IMG/VR virus record: IMGVR_UViG_3300045988_049076 | Source of the DNA: a virus | Length of the DNA stretch: 30,642 bases | Reading direction: 5' to 3' (one strand) | Part shown: piece by piece, positions 28,651 through 30,642 of the stretch | Position numbering within the stretch: position 1 is the first letter of the stretch | Layout: each line of letters starts with the position of its first letter | The notes under the pieces: generated by a model | Database searches by the model: none | What the model was told of the DNA's origin: nothing | Seen by the model: only the letters and a program-made list of their open reading frames with translations | Made by a program: the position numbers and the translations under genes

Positions 28651-30459
28651 ATGACCACTCGAAAGAGTTTCACCCACACCGGCGGTACCACTGAAACCGA
28701 AGGCCGAACCCTCACATTCCTCGCCAACTCAGGCGAAGTAATGTGCGGCGGACTCACCGTAGACCTCGACACGCTCAAAGCCCCACTCACAGACGGGACA
28801 CTGAAACTCGTGTCAGACCTCGATGATTCCGACAGGCTCTCACTCCCCCTCCTCATCGACCACGTGCCATCAGTCGAGGCCCAAGCCGGCACAATCACCC
28901 GCCTCTGGATGACCGACGCCGGACTCATGGCCGAAGCAAGACTCAGCGAAGTCGACAACGGGGAACGCGTCCGCCAGCTCGCAGCCGACGGGTGCCTCAC
29001 CAACAGTTTCAGCATCACCGTCGAATTCAACAGACAGCCCGGCAAGGACGGCATCATCCACGACAGCGAACTGGTAGAAATCAGCGTCGTCTACCGTGGA
29101 GCCGACCCCCGAGCCTCATTCACCTCAATCAACAACCGAAAAGGAGACACCATGGACAACGAACTCATGACCAAGCTGGCCCGCACCGTCGCCCAGTTCA
29201 AGCTCGACCCGGACGAGGCCGCAAACCTCACCTCGTCCGTAACCGACATCATGACCGACGCGGTAGCCGACATCAAGGACGCCATCAACGACCAGACCAA
29301 CACTCAGAACGCTCAGGAACAGGCCGCACCGGAAGAACCCACCCAGTCCGCCAACAAGCGTCCACTCGTCATCATCAACAAGAGCAACCGAGCAGCCAAG
29401 CAGTCCAGCGTCGCCTCTTTCTCCCACACTCGTGAGACGTGGCTCGACTCCCCGGACGCCATGGCCGCTTTCGAACGCACCCTCATCGACAACGACAACA
29501 AGGGCGTCGAAGCATTCCACAAGGAGTGGGCCGACACCGTGTCCCGCAACATGGCCGACACCGCCTCCTTTGGCGTAGACAAGGCCAACGTGGACAAGTT
29601 CATCCCGACCGAAGCCATCACCACCATCAGCGACGCGCTCAACACTCGCGGTTCCGGCTTGTGGAACCTCTTCCGCAAGACCGGCATGGACCGCCTCACC
29701 ATCGGTGGCAACATTCTCGGCCTGACCGAAGAGACCCGCGCCCACGGCTATCCGGTCGCCTCCTACGGCACCAAGAAGAAGGAACAGACCCCGAGCTTCG
29801 TGAAGCGTGAACTGACCGCGGACTACACGTACAAGTACATCACCCTCAACAAGGGTGACATCCGTCGTACGCAGAGGCCGGGCGCACTGCTCCGTTACAT
29901 TCTCTCCGAACTGCCGAACTACATCGTCCAGACCATCGAACGTCAGGTCGTGCTCGGCGGCTACGAAGACATGGCTCACTTCCGCTCCATCACCACCGAC
30001 GCGGCCGACTCCAAGTCGGAGTGGGCCGGAAACAAGTTCGCCCGCTCCTACACGCTCGGCGAGGAAACCCCGCTCATGGGCTTCGTGAAAGCCTCCCACA
30101 TGGTCCGCGCACAGGGCAACAAGGTCCTCGTCTGCAATGCCGACACGGTAGCCGACCTGCTCATGAGCGCCGACGCGAACGGCAACAGCTTTATCGCCCT
30201 CGGCGGTGACGACACGCTCGCCCGCGCTCTCGGCGTCTCCCAGATCATCACCCCGGAATGGTGGACCGCGGAAGACGACAAGACGGTGGCCGGCGTGGTC
30301 ATGTCCGCTTCCCACTACGCGCTCGTCGGCGACACTTCCGTCGAATCGTTCACGAACTTCGCCCTCCAGACCAACACCAACGAATACCTCCAGGAGATTT
30401 ACGCGGGTGGCGGTCTGGACGCGGAGAAGTCCGCAGTGGTCATCAAGCCGAAGGCCTGA
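28651..30459 (+). CDS. Prohead protease (HK97/S78-like) - scaffold-like linker - major capsid protein fusion
   Basis: 602 aa. The N-terminal ~165 aa (LPLLIDH...GTITRLWMTDAGLMAEARL...NSFSITVEF...LVEISVVYRGADPRA) fit the prohead protease pattern. A coiled-coil acidic linker follows, and the C-terminal ~300 aa have the size and position of a capsid protein. Confidence 0.7.
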   Translation: MTTRKSFTHTGGTTETEGRTLTFLANSGEVMCGGLTVDLDTLKAPLTDGTLKLVSDLDDSDRLSLPLLIDHVPSVEAQAGTITRLWMTDAGLMAEARLSEVDNGERVRQLAADGCLTNSFSITVEFNRQPGKDGIIHDSELVEISVVYRGADPRASFTSINNRKGDTMDNELMTKLARTVAQFKLDPDEAANLTSSVTDIMTDAVADIKDAINDQTNTQNAQEQAAPEEPTQSANKRPLVIINKSNRAAKQSSVASFSHTRETWLDSPDAMAAFERTLIDNDNKGVEAFHKEWADTVSRNMADTASFGVDKANVDKFIPTEAITTISDALNTRGSGLWNLFRKTGMDRLTIGGNILGLTEETRAHGYPVASYGTKKKEQTPSFVKRELTADYTYKYITLNKGDIRRTQRPGALLRYILSELPNYIVQTIERQVVLGGYEDMAHFRSITTDAADSKSEWAGNKFARSYTLGEETPLMGFVKASHMVRAQGNKVLVCNADTVADLLMSADANGNSFIALGGDDTLARALGVSQIITPEWWTAEDDKTVAGVVMSASHYALVGDTSVESFTNFALQTNTNEYLQEIYAGGGLDAEKSAVVIKPKA

Positions 30460-30461
30460 TA

Positions 30462-30642
30462 ATGAACGCTGAAATGTACTCACGAATCGGCGGCAAAGCA
30501 CTGCCGGAAGACAATATGAACACGGTAAAGGTCATCAACTTCGTGGATGAAGAAGGTCAGCCGGTGGCTTTCGGTCAGGGTGCACAGGGTCCCGCTGGTC
30601 CCGCTGGTCCCGCTGGCCCGGTTGGTCCCGCTGGTCCCGCTG
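30462..30642 (+). CDS. Collagen-like protein, N-terminal part (continues at 1..156)
   Basis: The ATG at 30462 begins 2 nt after the capsid stop (TGATAATG). The product reads MNAEMYSRIGGKALPEDNMNTVKVINFVDEEGQPVAFGQGAQGPAGPAGP... The joined product is about 98 aa with about 9 G-X-Y triplets. Confidence 0.7.
   Translation, partial: MNAEMYSRIGGKALPEDNMNTVKVINFVDEEGQPVAFGQGAQGPAGPAGPAGPVGPAGPA
30603..30642. repeat. Terminal overlap: identical to 1..40
   Basis: See feature 1..40. Confidence 0.85.

Noticed and set aside
29125-30501. 458-aa minus-strand ORF, the largest antisense ORF in the window
   Set aside because: It lies antisense to the protease-capsid gene. The product is Gly/Val/Arg/Asp-rich and low in complexity, with no RBS or motif. 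Long shadow ORFs like this are expected opposite genes with few T/A-starting codons.

Overview
The window looks like a complete, circularly closed genome of a tailed dsDNA phage (siphovirus-type gene order, HK97-type head genes). Bases 1-40 are identical to 30603-30642, and an ORF reads through that junction, so the unique length is about 30,602 bp. The rightward (+) late block runs 24644 -> 30642/1 -> 11110. It holds small and large terminase, a portal-MuF fusion, a Com-like zinc ribbon, a prohead protease-scaffold-major capsid fusion and a short collagen-like protein. These are followed by head-tail connectors, a major tail protein with an Ig-like domain, two chaperone-like genes, tape measure, Dit/Tal-like proteins, a tail fibre with an S74 chaperone domain, a receptor-binding candidate, an amidase endolysin and a holin. 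The leftward (-) early block runs 20116 -> 11186. It holds small winged-helix proteins, a DnaD-like replisome organizer, a DnaC-like loader, DUF3310, an ERF annealase, a YqaJ exonuclease, a glutaredoxin-like protein, an XRE HTH protein and many small ORFs. A third cluster (21462-24587) diverges around 22.6-22.9 kb: dUTPase, DUF1064 and a poly-Asn membrane protein run leftward; an HTH_17 protein, a Bro-N/KilAC antirepressor and SSB run rightward. I found no integrase, tRNA or CRISPR array. The most unusual part is the 1.35-kb ORF-free interval 20117-21461. It contains a candidate ~460-nt structured RNA ending in a strand-specific intrinsic terminator, an iteron-like GCATCGAG cluster, a 32% GC island with 13-mer repeats and a polypurine palindrome, and three ATTCTGCAGC repeats. 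Other notable signals:
- A 10-mer (CGACACGCCG) recurs at at least 7 early-region promoter-like sites.
- A promoter-to-terminator unit of ~80 nt (candidate sRNA with a 17-nt all-pyrimidine loop) sits in front of the antirepressor operon.
- Strand composition and codon choice switch sharply at ~3.5 kb and ~20.2 kb.
- Two opposite-strand single-gene insertions are present.
All calls come from reading the sequence and recalling protein-family motifs. No searches or folding programs were run.
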